This document shows, in pieces, positions 11,152 through 22,015 of a stretch of 64,000 bases of DNA. A program made the position numbers and the translations under genes. Source of the DNA: an uncultured Syntrophaceae bacterium (GTDB taxonomy: Bacteria; Desulfobacterota; Syntrophia; Syntrophales; UBA4778); assembly GCA_964597995.1 (NCBI GenBank), contig CAZRAC010000002.1:51-64050 (forward strand), in the 5' to 3' direction. Position 1 is the first letter of the stretch. Each line of letters starts with the position of its first letter. The notes beneath the pieces are model-generated. The model was given only the letters and a program-made list of their open reading frames with translations, was not told the origin of the DNA and did no database searches.

Positions 11152-11820
11152 GTGATCAAAGTCAGCAAGCTGAACAAGACATTCATCAAAGACGGCAAGA
11201 GGATAGAGGTCCTCAAAGACCTAGATCTGGATGTACAAAGGGGAGAGTCCCTGTCCATCGTCGGTGCCTCAGGGGCCGGCAAGAGCACCCTCATCCATAT
11301 CCTGGGGACACTGGACCATCCTACATCGGGAGAGGTGATAATCGGGGGGAGCGATGTTTTCCGATGGGACGGCGGAAAGTTGGCGGCCTTCCGAAACAGG
11401 ATGATAGGCTTCGTTTTCCAGTTTCATCACCTGCTCCCGGAGTTCAGCAGTCTGGAGAACACAATGATGCCGGCCTTGATAGGCGGTATGGCCGGCCGAA
11501 AAGCGAAGGAAAAAGCAGAAACAGTACTCAAAGAAGTAGGTCTGGGCGACAGGTTGGCGCACAAACCCGGGGAACTGTCTGGGGGCGAGCAGCAGAGGGT
11601 AGCGGTGGCTAGGGCGCTTGTCATGGAACCGGAGATCATCCTGGCCGATGAGCCCACGGGGAACCTCGACACGGAAACGGGGAGAAGAATAGAGGATATG
11701 TTGATCTCCCTGAACAGGGAAAGAGGGATCACACTGGTTGTGGTAACTCATAACGCATCCTTAGCTCAACGTATGTCACGCAGCATCGGGCTGCAGGACG
11801 GAAAGATTCGAAACCAGTGA
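11152..11820 (+). CDS. lolD: Lipoprotein-releasing system ATP-binding protein
   Basis: 222 aa with Walker [13 protein letters not shown] signature [10 protein letters not shown], and Walker [12 protein letters not shown]. It follows lolC. Confidence 0.88.
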   Translation: MIKVSKLNKTFIKDGKRIEVLKDLDLDVQRGESLSIVGASGAGKSTLIHILGTLDHPTSGEVIIGGSDVFRWDGGKLAAFRNRMIGFVFQFHHLLPEFSSLENTMMPALIGGMAGRKAKEKAETVLKEVGLGDRLAHKPGELSGGEQQRVAVARALVMEPEIILADEPTGNLDTETGRRIEDMLISLNRERGITLVVVTHNASLAQRMSRSIGLQDGKIRNQ

Positions 11821-14468
11821 AAAAGAACGGCTTCCTCACCGCGACGATTTGTTTCTTTTCGGTCCTCCTTATTTGCTCTATGCCGGCAGCTCATGGGGAT
11901 GAGCTGAAAAAGGTCGCCCTCTTCCCCTTCGATGTGTATGCCGAAAAAGATCGCGCCTCCTTGCAGAAGCAGGTGGGTGAGTCGATCCAGAACAACCTGC
12001 TCAGAAGTAGGGCGATCCAGATAATCCCCCAGGATGTACTCATGAAGTCGCTGAACGGAAGGCAGATTGACGAAAAAACGGCCCTGCAGGTCGGACGGGA
12101 GGTCGGGGCCGACGTCGCGATCATCGGAAGCGTGTCGCAACTCGGGAAAGTCGTCAGCATAGACGCCAAGTTGATCGACGTAACGTCCGGCCAGGCACCC
12201 CAGGGGGTGTTCGTTCAGGGCACCTTGGCGGAAGGCATCGGCAACCTCTCGGCCCGACTGACAGACGACCTCATCCTGAAGATCGCCGCGGAAAAGCGCA
12301 TCGCCTCGATCGTCGTCATGGGAAACCGCAAGATCGAAACGAGTGCCATCATGAACGTTCTCAAGGAATCCCCGGGGAAACTCTTTTCCCCCGCCGACCT
12401 CTCCGCCGACATCAAGGCCATCTACAAGACAGGCTACTTCAGCGACGTAAAGGCGGACGTCAAAGACACCCCGGGAGGGAAGGTGATCACGTTCACGGTC
12501 CAGGAAAGACCCATGATCTCCAATGTGGTCGTAAAGGGAAACGATGCTATAGAGACCAAAGAAATCGAGGCCGTGCTCACCGTCAGGCTGCGGCAGTTCC
12601 TGGATGTAGACAAGATCAAAGAGGACGTGGAGAAAATCAGGACCCTTTACCACAACAAGGGCTACTTCAACGTCGAGATCAAATACGACATAGAAATGAA
12701 GTCGGAGAAAGAGGCCATCCTGACTTATACGATCGTCGAAGGACGCAGGCTGTACATAAAGAGCATCTCCTTCACGGGTGTGCAGGCCTTCAGCCCCAAA
12801 GAGCTGAAGAATATGATGGATACCAGCGAATACGGCCTTTTCCATTTCTTCACCGACTCGGGAATCCTGAAAGAAGACAAACTCAAAGAAGATGTGAAGA
12901 AGTTGAACGCCTTTTACCTGAATAACGGTTACATCAACGCTAAGGTCGGGGACCCGGAAATCACCCACGACAAGCGATGGATCTACATCACGATCCCGGT
13001 CATAGAAGGGAAACGGTTCAAGGTAGGTAATGTGACCATCTCGGGGGATACAATCTCCGTTCCCCGGGAGAAACTTCTGTCGGAGCTCCAGATCAAGAAG
13101 AAAGAATTCTATGATCGTGAAGCGATCATGAGGGATATCGATTACCTGACCCAGGCGTACAACGACGAGGGTTATGCCTATGCCGACGTCACGCCCATTA
13201 CCGTCCCGGACGAGAAAGAGCAGAAAGTCAACATAGAATATCAAGTGGTCAAGGGGGAAAAGGTCCATTTCAACCGCATTTCCATAGCGGGAAACACCAA
13301 GACGCGGGACAAGGTCATCCGTCGGCAACTGGCGGTAGTGGAAGGCGACCTATTCAGTCGGCAGAAGATGAAAGAGAGTTACGCGAACCTTGCCCAGTTG
13401 CGGTACTTCGAGGAAGTGGACATCCAGACGGAAAAAGGACCCGACAAGAACCTCATGGACGTGAACATCCGTGTCAAAGAAAAACCCACGGGGATGGTGA
13501 GCTTTGGGGCCGGGTACAGCGCCCTCGATTCCATGGTCATGTCGGGTCAGATCGTACAGCGCAATCTTTTCGGCAAGGGCCAGAGCCTGGGACTCACGGC
13601 GGCGATAGGCGGCAGGTCGAGAAACTACGACCTCTACTTCATCGAGCCCTGGTTGTTCGACATGCCTCTGTGGAGCAAAACCAACCTTTGGAATTGGGAG
13701 CGAAGTTACGATACTTTCAACGTGGAGTCATTCGGTTTCGGCCAGATGTTAGGTTACACTATATTTCCCAAGTGGCGTACAACAGGCTACTTAGGATACC
13801 GGCTGTCGAACGACAAGATAAAGGACGTTCTGCCGACGGCGGCACACATCATCAAAACGCAGGAGGGCACGACCCTGTTGAGCGGCGTCGAGGCCATGCT
13901 TGTTAGGGATACGACGAATGACAATCTGTTCCCGACGAAGGGCTCGAAAAATGCGGTTTCCGTCGAGTACACTGGCGGTCTTATGCAGGGGGACGTGGAC
14001 TACACTAAATACCAGGCAAGTTCCGCCTGGTTTATCCCGCTCCCCGGTGAGACTGTCTTCAGCGCCCGCGGTCGGATCGGGTACATACAGGAGCGCGGGG
14101 ACAAAGAAATACCGGTCTTTTACCGCTTCTGGCTGGGAGGTATCGATTCGCTCAGGGGGCTCCGCGACGTCGGACCGCGTGATCCGGAGACCGGCGACTT
14201 CATCGGAGGGTTGACCTTCTTGAACTTCAACGTCGAATACATCTTCAATCTCGTCAAGAACGCGGGGATGAAAGGCGTTGTCTTCTTCGACACAGGCAAC
14301 ACGTGGAACAGCGGTTATCATTTCGACGACATGAGGATGACGGCGGGCGGCGGTATCCGCTGGTTTTCTCCGATCGGGCCCATCCGCATCGAATACGGCT
14401 TCGTCCTCGACAGGAAGACGGGCGAACCCACGGGCAGGTGGGAATTCACGATCGGAACTTCTATGTAA
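11817..14468 (+). CDS. bamA: Outer membrane protein assembly factor BamA (Omp85)
   Basis: 883 aa with a signal peptide, repeated POTRA-like modules, and a C-terminal Omp85 barrel ([18 protein letters not shown] ... FTIGTSM). GTGA overlap with lolD. Confidence 0.92.
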   Translation: MKKNGFLTATICFFSVLLICSMPAAHGDELKKVALFPFDVYAEKDRASLQKQVGESIQNNLLRSRAIQIIPQDVLMKSLNGRQIDEKTALQVGREVGADVAIIGSVSQLGKVVSIDAKLIDVTSGQAPQGVFVQGTLAEGIGNLSARLTDDLILKIAAEKRIASIVVMGNRKIETSAIMNVLKESPGKLFSPADLSADIKAIYKTGYFSDVKADVKDTPGGKVITFTVQERPMISNVVVKGNDAIETKEIEAVLTVRLRQFLDVDKIKEDVEKIRTLYHNKGYFNVEIKYDIEMKSEKEAILTYTIVEGRRLYIKSISFTGVQAFSPKELKNMMDTSEYGLFHFFTDSGILKEDKLKEDVKKLNAFYLNNGYINAKVGDPEITHDKRWIYITIPVIEGKRFKVGNVTISGDTISVPREKLLSELQIKKKEFYDREAIMRDIDYLTQAYNDEGYAYADVTPITVPDEKEQKVNIEYQVVKGEKVHFNRISIAGNTKTRDKVIRRQLAVVEGDLFSRQKMKESYANLAQLRYFEEVDIQTEKGPDKNLMDVNIRVKEKPTGMVSFGAGYSALDSMVMSGQIVQRNLFGKGQSLGLTAAIGGRSRNYDLYFIEPWLFDMPLWSKTNLWNWERSYDTFNVESFGFGQMLGYTIFPKWRTTGYLGYRLSNDKIKDVLPTAAHIIKTQEGTTLLSGVEAMLVRDTTNDNLFPTKGSKNAVSVEYTGGLMQGDVDYTKYQASSAWFIPLPGETVFSARGRIGYIQERGDKEIPVFYRFWLGGIDSLRGLRDVGPRDPETGDFIGGLTFLNFNVEYIFNLVKNAGMKGVVFFDTGNTWNSGYHFDDMRMTAGGGIRWFSPIGPIRIEYGFVLDRKTGEPTGRWEFTIGTSM

Positions 14469-14570
14469 GGGCGACCGTGGGGCTCCCGGGATCGGGTAAA
14501 AGGAAAATACGGGGTTGAAGGCGAGGCTGTTGTCCTCTCTCCACCCTGACAAATTAAAGGACGGATCATC

Positions 14571-15137
14571 ATGAAAAGGTTTTATCTATCGGCAGTAGGG
14601 CTTGTGATCTTGCTGTCTCTCCTCGTACCGGCGACTGTCAGGGCCGAAAAAATCGGTTTCGTCGACATCCGGGAGGTAATCGCCCGTTCTGAGGCGGGAA
14701 AGAAGGCGCAGGCGGAGTTCAAGAAAGCCGTAGAGAAAAAGAGTCAGCTTGTCAAGCAGAAGGAAGCCGACCTCAAGAAAGATAAAAGCGAGTACGACAA
14801 AGTGCGACCCACTCTTTCGGATACCGCGGCGAAAGAAAGAGAAATGGAGCTGCAGAAGAAATACCGCGATTATCAACGCCTCGTTAACGACGCCGGCGAA
14901 GCGATGAAGCGCAAAGACCAAGAACTTTCCCGTAGGCTGCTCCCCGAAATCTACAAGGTCATAACCGCCGTCGGTGCCAGGGGAGGCTATACCGCGATCC
15001 TCGACATCAGCAATCCCGTCGTGGTTTACTCCTCGGGAGAGAATAACTTGACCGACCAGGTGATCAGCGAATTCAACAAGGTCCCCATCAAGGCCCAGGG
15101 AAAGAAGAAAACCTCTGAGAAGGGCAAGACAAAGTAA
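14571..15137 (+). CDS. skp: OmpH/Skp family periplasmic chaperone
   Basis: 188 aa with a signal peptide and a Lys/Glu-rich coiled-coil core. It sits in the conserved bamA-skp-lpxD position. Confidence 0.85.
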   Translation: MKRFYLSAVGLVILLSLLVPATVRAEKIGFVDIREVIARSEAGKKAQAEFKKAVEKKSQLVKQKEADLKKDKSEYDKVRPTLSDTAAKEREMELQKKYRDYQRLVNDAGEAMKRKDQELSRRLLPEIYKVITAVGARGGYTAILDISNPVVVYSSGENNLTDQVISEFNKVPIKAQGKKKTSEKGKTK

Positions 15138-15140
15138 AGG

Positions 15141-16193
15141 TTGCGTCCCATGGAAAAAAGTGTCTCTGAGATAGCGGAAATCCTGAACGGGACGGTCATC
15201 GGGGACGGAAGGTTGACGATCCGCGACGTCAAGGGGATAGACGAAGCGGGGGAGGGCGATTTGACGTTCATCGCCAACCAGAAGTACCGCAAACATCTGG
15301 AGGATACAGGCGCCTCCGCCGTTCTCGTCTCGCCGGATGTCAAGCAATCAAAGAAAACGCTGATCGTCGTGAGGGATCCCTATGCTTCTATGGCGAGGGT
15401 CCTCTCGGTCTTCTACCCCCCCGATAGGGAAGTGGCCGGAATAAGTCCACTTGCGTTCGTAGCAAAGGACGCGTTCGTCTCGGAGGATGCGGTGGTATAC
15501 CCCTACGTTTACGTGGGTGGGGGTGCCCGGGTTGAAAGCAGGGTCGTCCTGCACCCGGGAGTAGTCATAGGCGCGGGGGCCGTGGTCGGTGAGGAAAGCA
15601 TCCTTTACCCCAATGTGACGGTCTACCGCCGCTGCCGGGTAGGCAAGCGGGTAATCCTTCATGCGGGTGTTGTGGTGGGCAGTGACGGCTTCGGCTACGC
15701 CGACCCCGGACGGGAGAACATCAAGGTGCCCCAAATCGGCATCGTTCAGATAGACGACGACGTTGAGGTGGGGGCCAATTCGACGATAGACCGGGGAACC
15801 CTGGGCAGGACCTGGATCCAGAGAGGAGTCAAGATAGACAACCTCGTCCAGGTCGCCCACAACGTCGTCGTCGGGGAAAATTCGGTCATCGTTTCCCAGG
15901 TCGGTATTTCAGGCAGCACAAAGTTGGGTAAGAGCGTAGTTGTCGGCGGTCAGGCGGGCCTCGTGGGCCACATCACCGTGGGGGACCGCGTGATGATCGC
16001 GGCAAGGTCGGGCGTCACAAAGGACGTCGCACCGAACAGCGTCATCGCGGGGGCACCCGGCGCTCCACATAGCAGGTGGCTGAAAATTCAGGGCGCCGTC
16101 GCCCGATTGCCCGAGATGCGGAGCGCGGTCAAGGGCATGCTGAAAAGAATCGAAAAACTCGAAGAAAGGATAAAAGCAAGGGAGTTTAAATGA
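15141..16193 (+). CDS. lpxD: UDP-3-O-acylglucosamine N-acyltransferase
   Basis: 350 aa with a left-handed beta-helix hexapeptide repeat region and an LpxD N-terminal domain ([13 protein letters not shown]). TTG at 15141 or ATG at 15150. Confidence 0.9.
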   Translation: MRPMEKSVSEIAEILNGTVIGDGRLTIRDVKGIDEAGEGDLTFIANQKYRKHLEDTGASAVLVSPDVKQSKKTLIVVRDPYASMARVLSVFYPPDREVAGISPLAFVAKDAFVSEDAVVYPYVYVGGGARVESRVVLHPGVVIGAGAVVGEESILYPNVTVYRRCRVGKRVILHAGVVVGSDGFGYADPGRENIKVPQIGIVQIDDDVEVGANSTIDRGTLGRTWIQRGVKIDNLVQVAHNVVVGENSVIVSQVGISGSTKLGKSVVVGGQAGLVGHITVGDRVMIAARSGVTKDVAPNSVIAGAPGAPHSRWLKIQGAVARLPEMRSAVKGMLKRIEKLEERIKAREFK

Positions 16194-16963
16194 ACATCCA
16201 TCCAACGGCCGTTGTATCTCCCGAAGCACAACTGGGGGAGGGCGTTCAAATCGGCCCTTACGCAATCATCGGTCCCGACGTAAGCATCGGGTCGAATACG
16301 TTCATCGGTCCGCACGCCGTCATCGAAAGGCATACGGATATAGGTGATAACTGTCGTATCCTTCAGTTCGCCTCCATCGGAGGCGACCCCCAGGACCTCA
16401 AGTATAGAGGCGAAGACACGAGGGTCGTCATCGGGAATAACAATGTGATCCGCGAGTTCGTGACCATCAACCGCGCTACTTCGGCGGACATCGGTGTGAC
16501 GAAGATCGGCGACAACAACCTCCTCATGGCTTACTGCCATGTGGCTCACAACTGCAAGTTGGGCAACTTCGTCGTGATGGCCAATTCGGCGAACCTGGCC
16601 GGTCACATCCACATCGATGATTATGCCATCATCGGCGGTCTGACGGGGATCCACCAATTCACACGCATCGGCAGACACGCCTTCGTCGGGGGTGCTTCGG
16701 CCATCGCCCGCGATGTGCCGCCTTTCACGACCGTCGCCGGAAACCACGCGAAACCCTACGGCCTGAATATCGTAGGACTCCGGCGAAGGGGTTTTGACGA
16801 AGAGACGCTCAAGGCGTTGAAGCAGGCCTACAAACTCGTTTACCGCTCATCCCTCCTCCTCGCCGACGCCCTCCGGAGGATACGGGCTGAGGTGCCAGAC
16901 ATCCCGGAGGTAAGGCAGTTCGTCGAATTTATCGAGAAGTCGGAGCGGGGAATATGCAGATAG
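16190..16963 (+). CDS. lpxA: Acyl-ACP--UDP-N-acetylglucosamine O-acyltransferase
   Basis: 257 aa. It begins [28 protein letters not shown] (hexapeptide repeats) and has the LpxA C-terminal helical domain. ATGA overlap with lpxD. Confidence 0.9.
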   Translation: MNIHPTAVVSPEAQLGEGVQIGPYAIIGPDVSIGSNTFIGPHAVIERHTDIGDNCRILQFASIGGDPQDLKYRGEDTRVVIGNNNVIREFVTINRATSADIGVTKIGDNNLLMAYCHVAHNCKLGNFVVMANSANLAGHIHIDDYAIIGGLTGIHQFTRIGRHAFVGGASAIARDVPPFTTVAGNHAKPYGLNIVGLRRRGFDEETLKALKQAYKLVYRSSLLLADALRRIRAEVPDIPEVRQFVEFIEKSERGICR

Positions 16964-17009
16964 GGCGGGCGAAAGGTCAGGGACGGAAGGCATAGGGTAA
17001 AGAAAAAAC

Positions 17010-18002
17010 ATGAAGCGGGACGGAGTCGTCAGGGTCGGAGTGGTCGGAATAGGGCGTCTGGGCAACTACCACCTCCAGAAGTACAGTATGATGCCCGAAT
17101 GCGTCATCGTCGGCGTCGCCGACATCGTCGAGGAGCGTGCCTCGAAGGCGGCCGACACTTACCGGTGCGAGGCATTCACAGATCACAGGGAACTTATCGG
17201 CAAGGTGGATGCAGTGAGCGTCACCGTCCCCACGAAGGACCATTTCGTCGTCGCCAGGGACTTCCTGGCTGCCGGGGCGGACGTCCTCCTGGAGAAGCCG
17301 ATCACGACAACGCTCGAAGAGGCGGACGAACTGATCGCTACCGCCGAGCAGAAGAAGGCCGTCTTTCAAGTCGGTTTTGTCGAAAGGTTCAACCCCGCCA
17401 TCGTCGCCCTCGAAAAGGTCATCGGCCGGCCCCTTTTTATCGAGACGCACCGCCTCCATCCATTTTTCACCCGCGGGACAGACGTGGACGTAGTCCTTGA
17501 CCTGATGATCCATGACCTCGACATAATCCTCCACTTCGTGAGGACCCCAGTAGAAAACGTGGACGCCGTCGGCGTATCCATCCTTTCCGACAAGGTCGAC
17601 ATCGCCAACGCCCGGGTGACGTTTCATGACGGTTGCGTGGCCAACATCACAGCGAGCAGAGTCACCAACAAGAATATGCAGAAGATACGATTTTTCGGTT
17701 TCGAGGGTTATCACTCCATCGACTACGGAAAACGGGAGATCGTCTCCCTCGGCGCGAGGAGCGGTGCGAACGGCAGGCTGGAGATCGGCGTCAACGACGT
17801 CGAGGTGAAGATGCAGGACCCGTTGGAAGAAGAGATCCGGTCTTTCCTCCGTTGTGTCATCACCCGGACTGCGCCCCCGGTATCCGGGAGAGAGGCGAGG
17901 AATTCGTTGGAGCTTGCGCTCCGCATCACGGAAAAAATAAACTCGGGAAGGGAAAGAATCCTCCATGCTGCCGATGGTAGACTTGCAGAGACAGTATCTT
18001 GA
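17010..18002 (+). CDS. gnnA: Gfo/Idh/MocA-family NAD-dependent oxidoreductase, GnnA-like (UDP-GlcNAc 3-dehydrogenase candidate)
   Basis: 330 aa with N-terminal Rossmann VGVVGIGRLGNYH and a Gfo/Idh/MocA fold. It lies between lpxA and lpxB, followed by a DegT aminotransferase. Confidence 0.65.
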   Translation: MKRDGVVRVGVVGIGRLGNYHLQKYSMMPECVIVGVADIVEERASKAADTYRCEAFTDHRELIGKVDAVSVTVPTKDHFVVARDFLAAGADVLLEKPITTTLEEADELIATAEQKKAVFQVGFVERFNPAIVALEKVIGRPLFIETHRLHPFFTRGTDVDVVLDLMIHDLDIILHFVRTPVENVDAVGVSILSDKVDIANARVTFHDGCVANITASRVTNKNMQKIRFFGFEGYHSIDYGKREIVSLGARSGANGRLEIGVNDVEVKMQDPLEEEIRSFLRCVITRTAPPVSGREARNSLELALRITEKINSGRERILHAADGRLAETVS

Positions 18003-19059
18003 CCTCAAGGCTGAGGTCGATGAGGCCATCGGGCAGGTCTTGAAAGAGGCGCGGTTCATCCTTGGCCCGAACGTCGCAAGGCTGGAAGAAGAGATCGCCG
18101 CTTATCTCGGGTCGTCTTCCGCCATCGGCGTCGCCAGCGGTACGGACGCCCTGCTCCTTGCCCTCCGGGCGTGCGGGGTCGGCGAGGGCGACGAGGTGAT
18201 CACGACGCCCTTCACCTTCATCGCCACCGCGGAGGTCATCGCCCTGTTGGGGGCCGTTCCCGTCTTCGCGGACATCGCGCCGGACACCTTCAACATCGAC
18301 CCCGACAGGATAGAGGAGAAGGTCACCGCCCGGACGAAGGCGATCATTCCCGTCCATCTTTTCGGCCTCCCGGCAGATATGGACGGCATCCTCGGCATAG
18401 CCGGTAGACACGGCCTGGCGGTCGTCGAAGACTGCGCCCAGGCCTTCGGCGCCGAATACAAGGGAAAGAAGGTCGGGACCTTCGGCAACTACGGCTGCTT
18501 CAGTTTCTTCCCCAGCAAGAACCTCGCTTGTTACGGCGATGGAGGAATAGTCGTGACAGGAAACGAGGATTCGGCCGGCACGATAAGACTCCTGAGAAAC
18601 CATGGGAGCAGAAAGAGGTACTACCACGAGGAACTCGGCTACAACAGCCGCCTCGACGAGATACAGGCGGCTGTCCTGCGTGTAAAGTTGAAGAGGATCG
18701 ACGAATTCAACGCCGCCCGGAGAAAAAACGCAGACCTGTACCGCAAGTACATACGAAACGCCAGTGTGGCGCTTCCCTCAGAAACGGCCGACGGCAGGCA
18801 CGTCTACCACCAGTTCACGGTTCTGTCGAAAAAGCGCGACCGGATAGCGGCTGCCTTGAACGAAAATGAAATAGCGTCGGCGGTTTACTACCCCGTCCCC
18901 CTCCATCTCCAGGAAGTCTTTGCCCACCTCGGTTACAGACCCGGCGATTTCCCCAACAGCGAACGTTGCGCCGCGGAAGCGATCTCCCTTCCCATGTTCC
19001 CGGAATTGACGGAAGAAGAAATCCGACGCGTCTGCGACGTCATAAACCATGTCTCCTGA
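17965..19059 (+). CDS. gnnB: DegT/DnrJ/EryC1/StrS-family PLP aminotransferase, GnnB-like
   Basis: 364 aa with DegT-family features (LEEEIAAYLG, FSFFPSKNL with the PLP Lys, NSRLDEIQAAVL). It lies between lpxA and lpxB. Confidence 0.7.
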   Translation: MLPMVDLQRQYLDLKAEVDEAIGQVLKEARFILGPNVARLEEEIAAYLGSSSAIGVASGTDALLLALRACGVGEGDEVITTPFTFIATAEVIALLGAVPVFADIAPDTFNIDPDRIEEKVTARTKAIIPVHLFGLPADMDGILGIAGRHGLAVVEDCAQAFGAEYKGKKVGTFGNYGCFSFFPSKNLACYGDGGIVVTGNEDSAGTIRLLRNHGSRKRYYHEELGYNSRLDEIQAAVLRVKLKRIDEFNAARRKNADLYRKYIRNASVALPSETADGRHVYHQFTVLSKKRDRIAAALNENEIASAVYYPVPLHLQEVFAHLGYRPGDFPNSERCAAEAISLPMFPELTEEEIRRVCDVINHVS

Positions 19060-20230
19060 AAGAGAAAACCGTGCCGTGCAGCCGGGACGCACAAAAAAGG
19101 TCCTGATCGTCGCCGGGGAAGCGTCGGGTGACCTCCACGGGGCCAACCTGGTGCGGGAGATGAAAGAGGTCGACCCCGGCATCCAGTTTTACGGAATCGG
19201 GGGGAAGAGGCTGCAAGAGGCCGGCGTTGATCTGGTCGCCCGTTCGTCGGAGATGGCCGTCGTCGGCTTGACGGAGGTCTTCGCGAAGTTCGGCTTCATC
19301 CTGAACGTCTTCTTTCGCCTGAAGAAATCGCTCGGCGCAGAGAAACCCGACCTCGCCGTCCTCATCGATTATCCGGACTTCAACATCCCTCTTGCCAGGG
19401 CCGCGAAGAAGAGCGGTGTCAAAGTTTTCTACTACATCAGCCCCCAGGTCTGGGCCTGGAGAAAAGGGCGTATCCGGAGCATAAAAAAGTACATCGACCG
19501 CATGGCGGTGATCTTTCCCTTCGAGAAGGACTTCTACGAAAAAGCGGGCGTCGCCGTGACCTTCGTCGGCCACCCCTTGCTCGACACGGCCCGGGCGACG
19601 GGTTCGCGGGAGGAAGTCCGTCTGAAGCTGGGGCTCGACCGGCGCGCAACCACAGTCGCACTCCTTCCCGGAAGCCGGGATAACGAAGTCACCCGTCTGC
19701 TCCCGTTGATGACGAAGGCGGCGGAAATCTTGAGTGAAGAATTCCCGGGCGTCCAATTCGTCCTCCCTCTCGCCGACACCCTTGATGAAGGTCTTGTGAC
19801 GAGTATAATACGGCGGTCCACGGCCAAGGTACTCGTCGTCGCCGACTCCATCTACGACGTACTCGCTGCGGCCGACGTAGCCGTCGTTACCTCCGGCACC
19901 GCGACGGTCGAGACGGCCCTCATGGAAACGCCCATGGTGGTCGTCTACCGGGTCTCGGGCCTCACTTACTACGTCGGCAGGTTGCTCGTCGACGTGCAGA
20001 ACATCGCCATGGCCAACATCATCGCCGGTAAGACGGTCGTCGTCGAACTGATCCAGGATGACGCAACTGCCGTGGCGATAGCAAAAGAAGTTGCCGAAAT
20101 TCTTCGAGATGATATAAAGAAAGGTGCGATCGTCGAAGAACTGAAGAAGGTAAGGGAAAGGCTCGGCAGTCCCGGCGCTGCGAAGAGGGCGGCCCGACTG
20201 GCGGTCGAGCTGTTGAATTCGAACGGTTGA
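19049..20230 (+). CDS. lpxB: Lipid-A-disaccharide synthase
   Basis: 393 aa with LpxB motifs (VAGEASGDLHGANLV, ISPQVWAWRKGR, GTATVETAL). Confidence 0.9.
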   Translation: MSPERENRAVQPGRTKKVLIVAGEASGDLHGANLVREMKEVDPGIQFYGIGGKRLQEAGVDLVARSSEMAVVGLTEVFAKFGFILNVFFRLKKSLGAEKPDLAVLIDYPDFNIPLARAAKKSGVKVFYYISPQVWAWRKGRIRSIKKYIDRMAVIFPFEKDFYEKAGVAVTFVGHPLLDTARATGSREEVRLKLGLDRRATTVALLPGSRDNEVTRLLPLMTKAAEILSEEFPGVQFVLPLADTLDEGLVTSIIRRSTAKVLVVADSIYDVLAAADVAVVTSGTATVETALMETPMVVVYRVSGLTYYVGRLLVDVQNIAMANIIAGKTVVVELIQDDATAVAIAKEVAEILRDDIKKGAIVEELKKVRERLGSPGAAKRAARLAVELLNSNG

Positions 20231-20242
20231 AACGATAAGGCT

Positions 20243-22015
20243 ATGGAATTATACAAGCGGCTTTTAAAACTCGCCCGGCCTCACTGGCTGCGTTTTATCT
20301 TCGCCATGCTCTGCATGGCCGTCGTGGGCGCGACGACGGGTGCGGCGGCCTTTCTCGTAAAGCCCGCCATGGACGACATCTTCCTCAACCGGGACGCAGC
20401 CGCCCTCAAGTGGATCCCCGTCGCCGTCGTCGTCATCTACCTGCTGAAGGGCCTCGGCAATTACGGCCAGACGATAATCATGAGCTACATAGGCCAGCGT
20501 GTGGTCACGGACCTCAGGAACCAGCTTTACAATCACATCTTAAGGCAGCCGCTCTCGTTCTTCACTAAATACCCCACGGGCAACCTGATGGCCCGTCTCA
20601 CGAGCGACGTGGGTCTGGTGCAGGGCGCCGTATCGGAGGCCGTAACGAGCATCCTCAAAGACTCCTTCAGCCTCATCGGACTCATCTTCGTCATCTTTTA
20701 CCGGGACTGGAAGCTCGCCATCGTCGCTTCCTTCATCTTCCCGCTGGCGATCTATCCTGTGCTGTCTTTCGGCCGGAAGATGAGGAAGATCTCCGGCTAC
20801 ACCCAGGTAACCGTAGGGAGTCTCACTTCTTTACTCCAGGAGACGATCTCGGGTAATCGTATCGTCAAGGCCTTCGGTATGGAGTCTTACGAGAACAAAC
20901 GTTTCGCTAAGGAAAACGAGCGCCTCTTCAAACTGACGATGAAGTCCGTGTCGGTGCGCGCCGTCTCGAGCCCGCTCATGGAGTTTTTCGGGGGTATCGG
21001 GATCGCCGCGATCATCATCTACGGGGGATACCAGGTCCTTCATGGCATCTCTACCCCCGGCACGTTCTTTTCTTTTCTGGCGGCGCTCATGATGCTCTAC
21101 GAACCGGCCAAGAGGTTGACGAACGTCAACAACACGATCCAACAAGGGCTGGCCGGCGCCGAGCGGATCTTCAGCGTCATCGACACGGTCCCCGAAATCA
21201 AAAACAAAGAAGGTGCCGTAGAACTACCGAGGATATCAAGGGAGATTTGCTTCGACGACGTCTCTTTCCGGTATGAAGAAACGCTCGTGCTGAAGCACAT
21301 CAACCTGAGGATCAAGGCCGGAGAATGCATAGCCCTCGTCGGTATGAGCGGCGGGGGAAAGACCACGCTCGTCAACCTGATTCCCCGTTTCTACGACGTG
21401 ACGGAAGGACGGATCCTGATCGACGGGTACGACATCCGTGACGTGACCATCGAATCCTTACGCGCCCAGGTCGGCATAGTCACCCAGCAGACCATACTTT
21501 TCAACGATACCGTGAGGAACAACATCGCTTACGGTGACATCCGAAAGTCCGACGAAGACATAGTTAAAGCCGCGAAGGCCGCTAATGCCCACGACTTCAT
21601 CATGAAACTGCCCCAGGGGTACGATACCATCATCGGCGAGCAGGGGGTAAAGTTGTCGGGCGGCGAAAGACAGAGGATATCGATCGCCAGGGCCCTTCTC
21701 AAGGATGCCCCCATACTGATCCTGGATGAAGCCACTTCATCCCTCGACACCGAGGCGGAGATCGAGGTCCAGGAGGCCCTCGACAAACTCATGGAAGGGC
21801 GGACCACCTTCGTAATCGCCCACCGGCTGTCGACGATCCGCAATGCCGACAGGATCGTCGTCCTCGTGGACGGGCGGATCGTCGAAGAGGGCACCCATGA
21901 GTCCCTGTTGCGGCGGAGAGGAGAGTATTACAAATTGTACAGTATGCAGTTCAGGGATAACGCAATTAACGGAGTGGAGGCGCAACACCTGACCGACGCC
22001 CAATGCCTGCCGTGA
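20243..22015 (+). CDS. msbA: Lipid A export ABC transporter permease/ATPase
   Basis: 590 aa with six N-terminal TM helices and an ABC domain (GMSGGGKTT, LSGGERQRISIARA, ILILDEATSSLD). It lies within the lipid A operon. Confidence 0.85.
   Translation: MELYKRLLKLARPHWLRFIFAMLCMAVVGATTGAAAFLVKPAMDDIFLNRDAAALKWIPVAVVVIYLLKGLGNYGQTIIMSYIGQRVVTDLRNQLYNHILRQPLSFFTKYPTGNLMARLTSDVGLVQGAVSEAVTSILKDSFSLIGLIFVIFYRDWKLAIVASFIFPLAIYPVLSFGRKMRKISGYTQVTVGSLTSLLQETISGNRIVKAFGMESYENKRFAKENERLFKLTMKSVSVRAVSSPLMEFFGGIGIAAIIIYGGYQVLHGISTPGTFFSFLAALMMLYEPAKRLTNVNNTIQQGLAGAERIFSVIDTVPEIKNKEGAVELPRISREICFDDVSFRYEETLVLKHINLRIKAGECIALVGMSGGGKTTLVNLIPRFYDVTEGRILIDGYDIRDVTIESLRAQVGIVTQQTILFNDTVRNNIAYGDIRKSDEDIVKAAKAANAHDFIMKLPQGYDTIIGEQGVKLSGGERQRISIARALLKDAPILILDEATSSLDTEAEIEVQEALDKLMEGRTTFVIAHRLSTIRNADRIVVLVDGRIVEEGTHESLLRRRGEYYKLYSMQFRDNAINGVEAQHLTDAQCLP

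Noticed and set aside
11766-13328. 520-aa ORF antisense to bamA.
   Set aside because: This is the same high-G+C antisense artefact. bamA on the plus strand explains the region completely.
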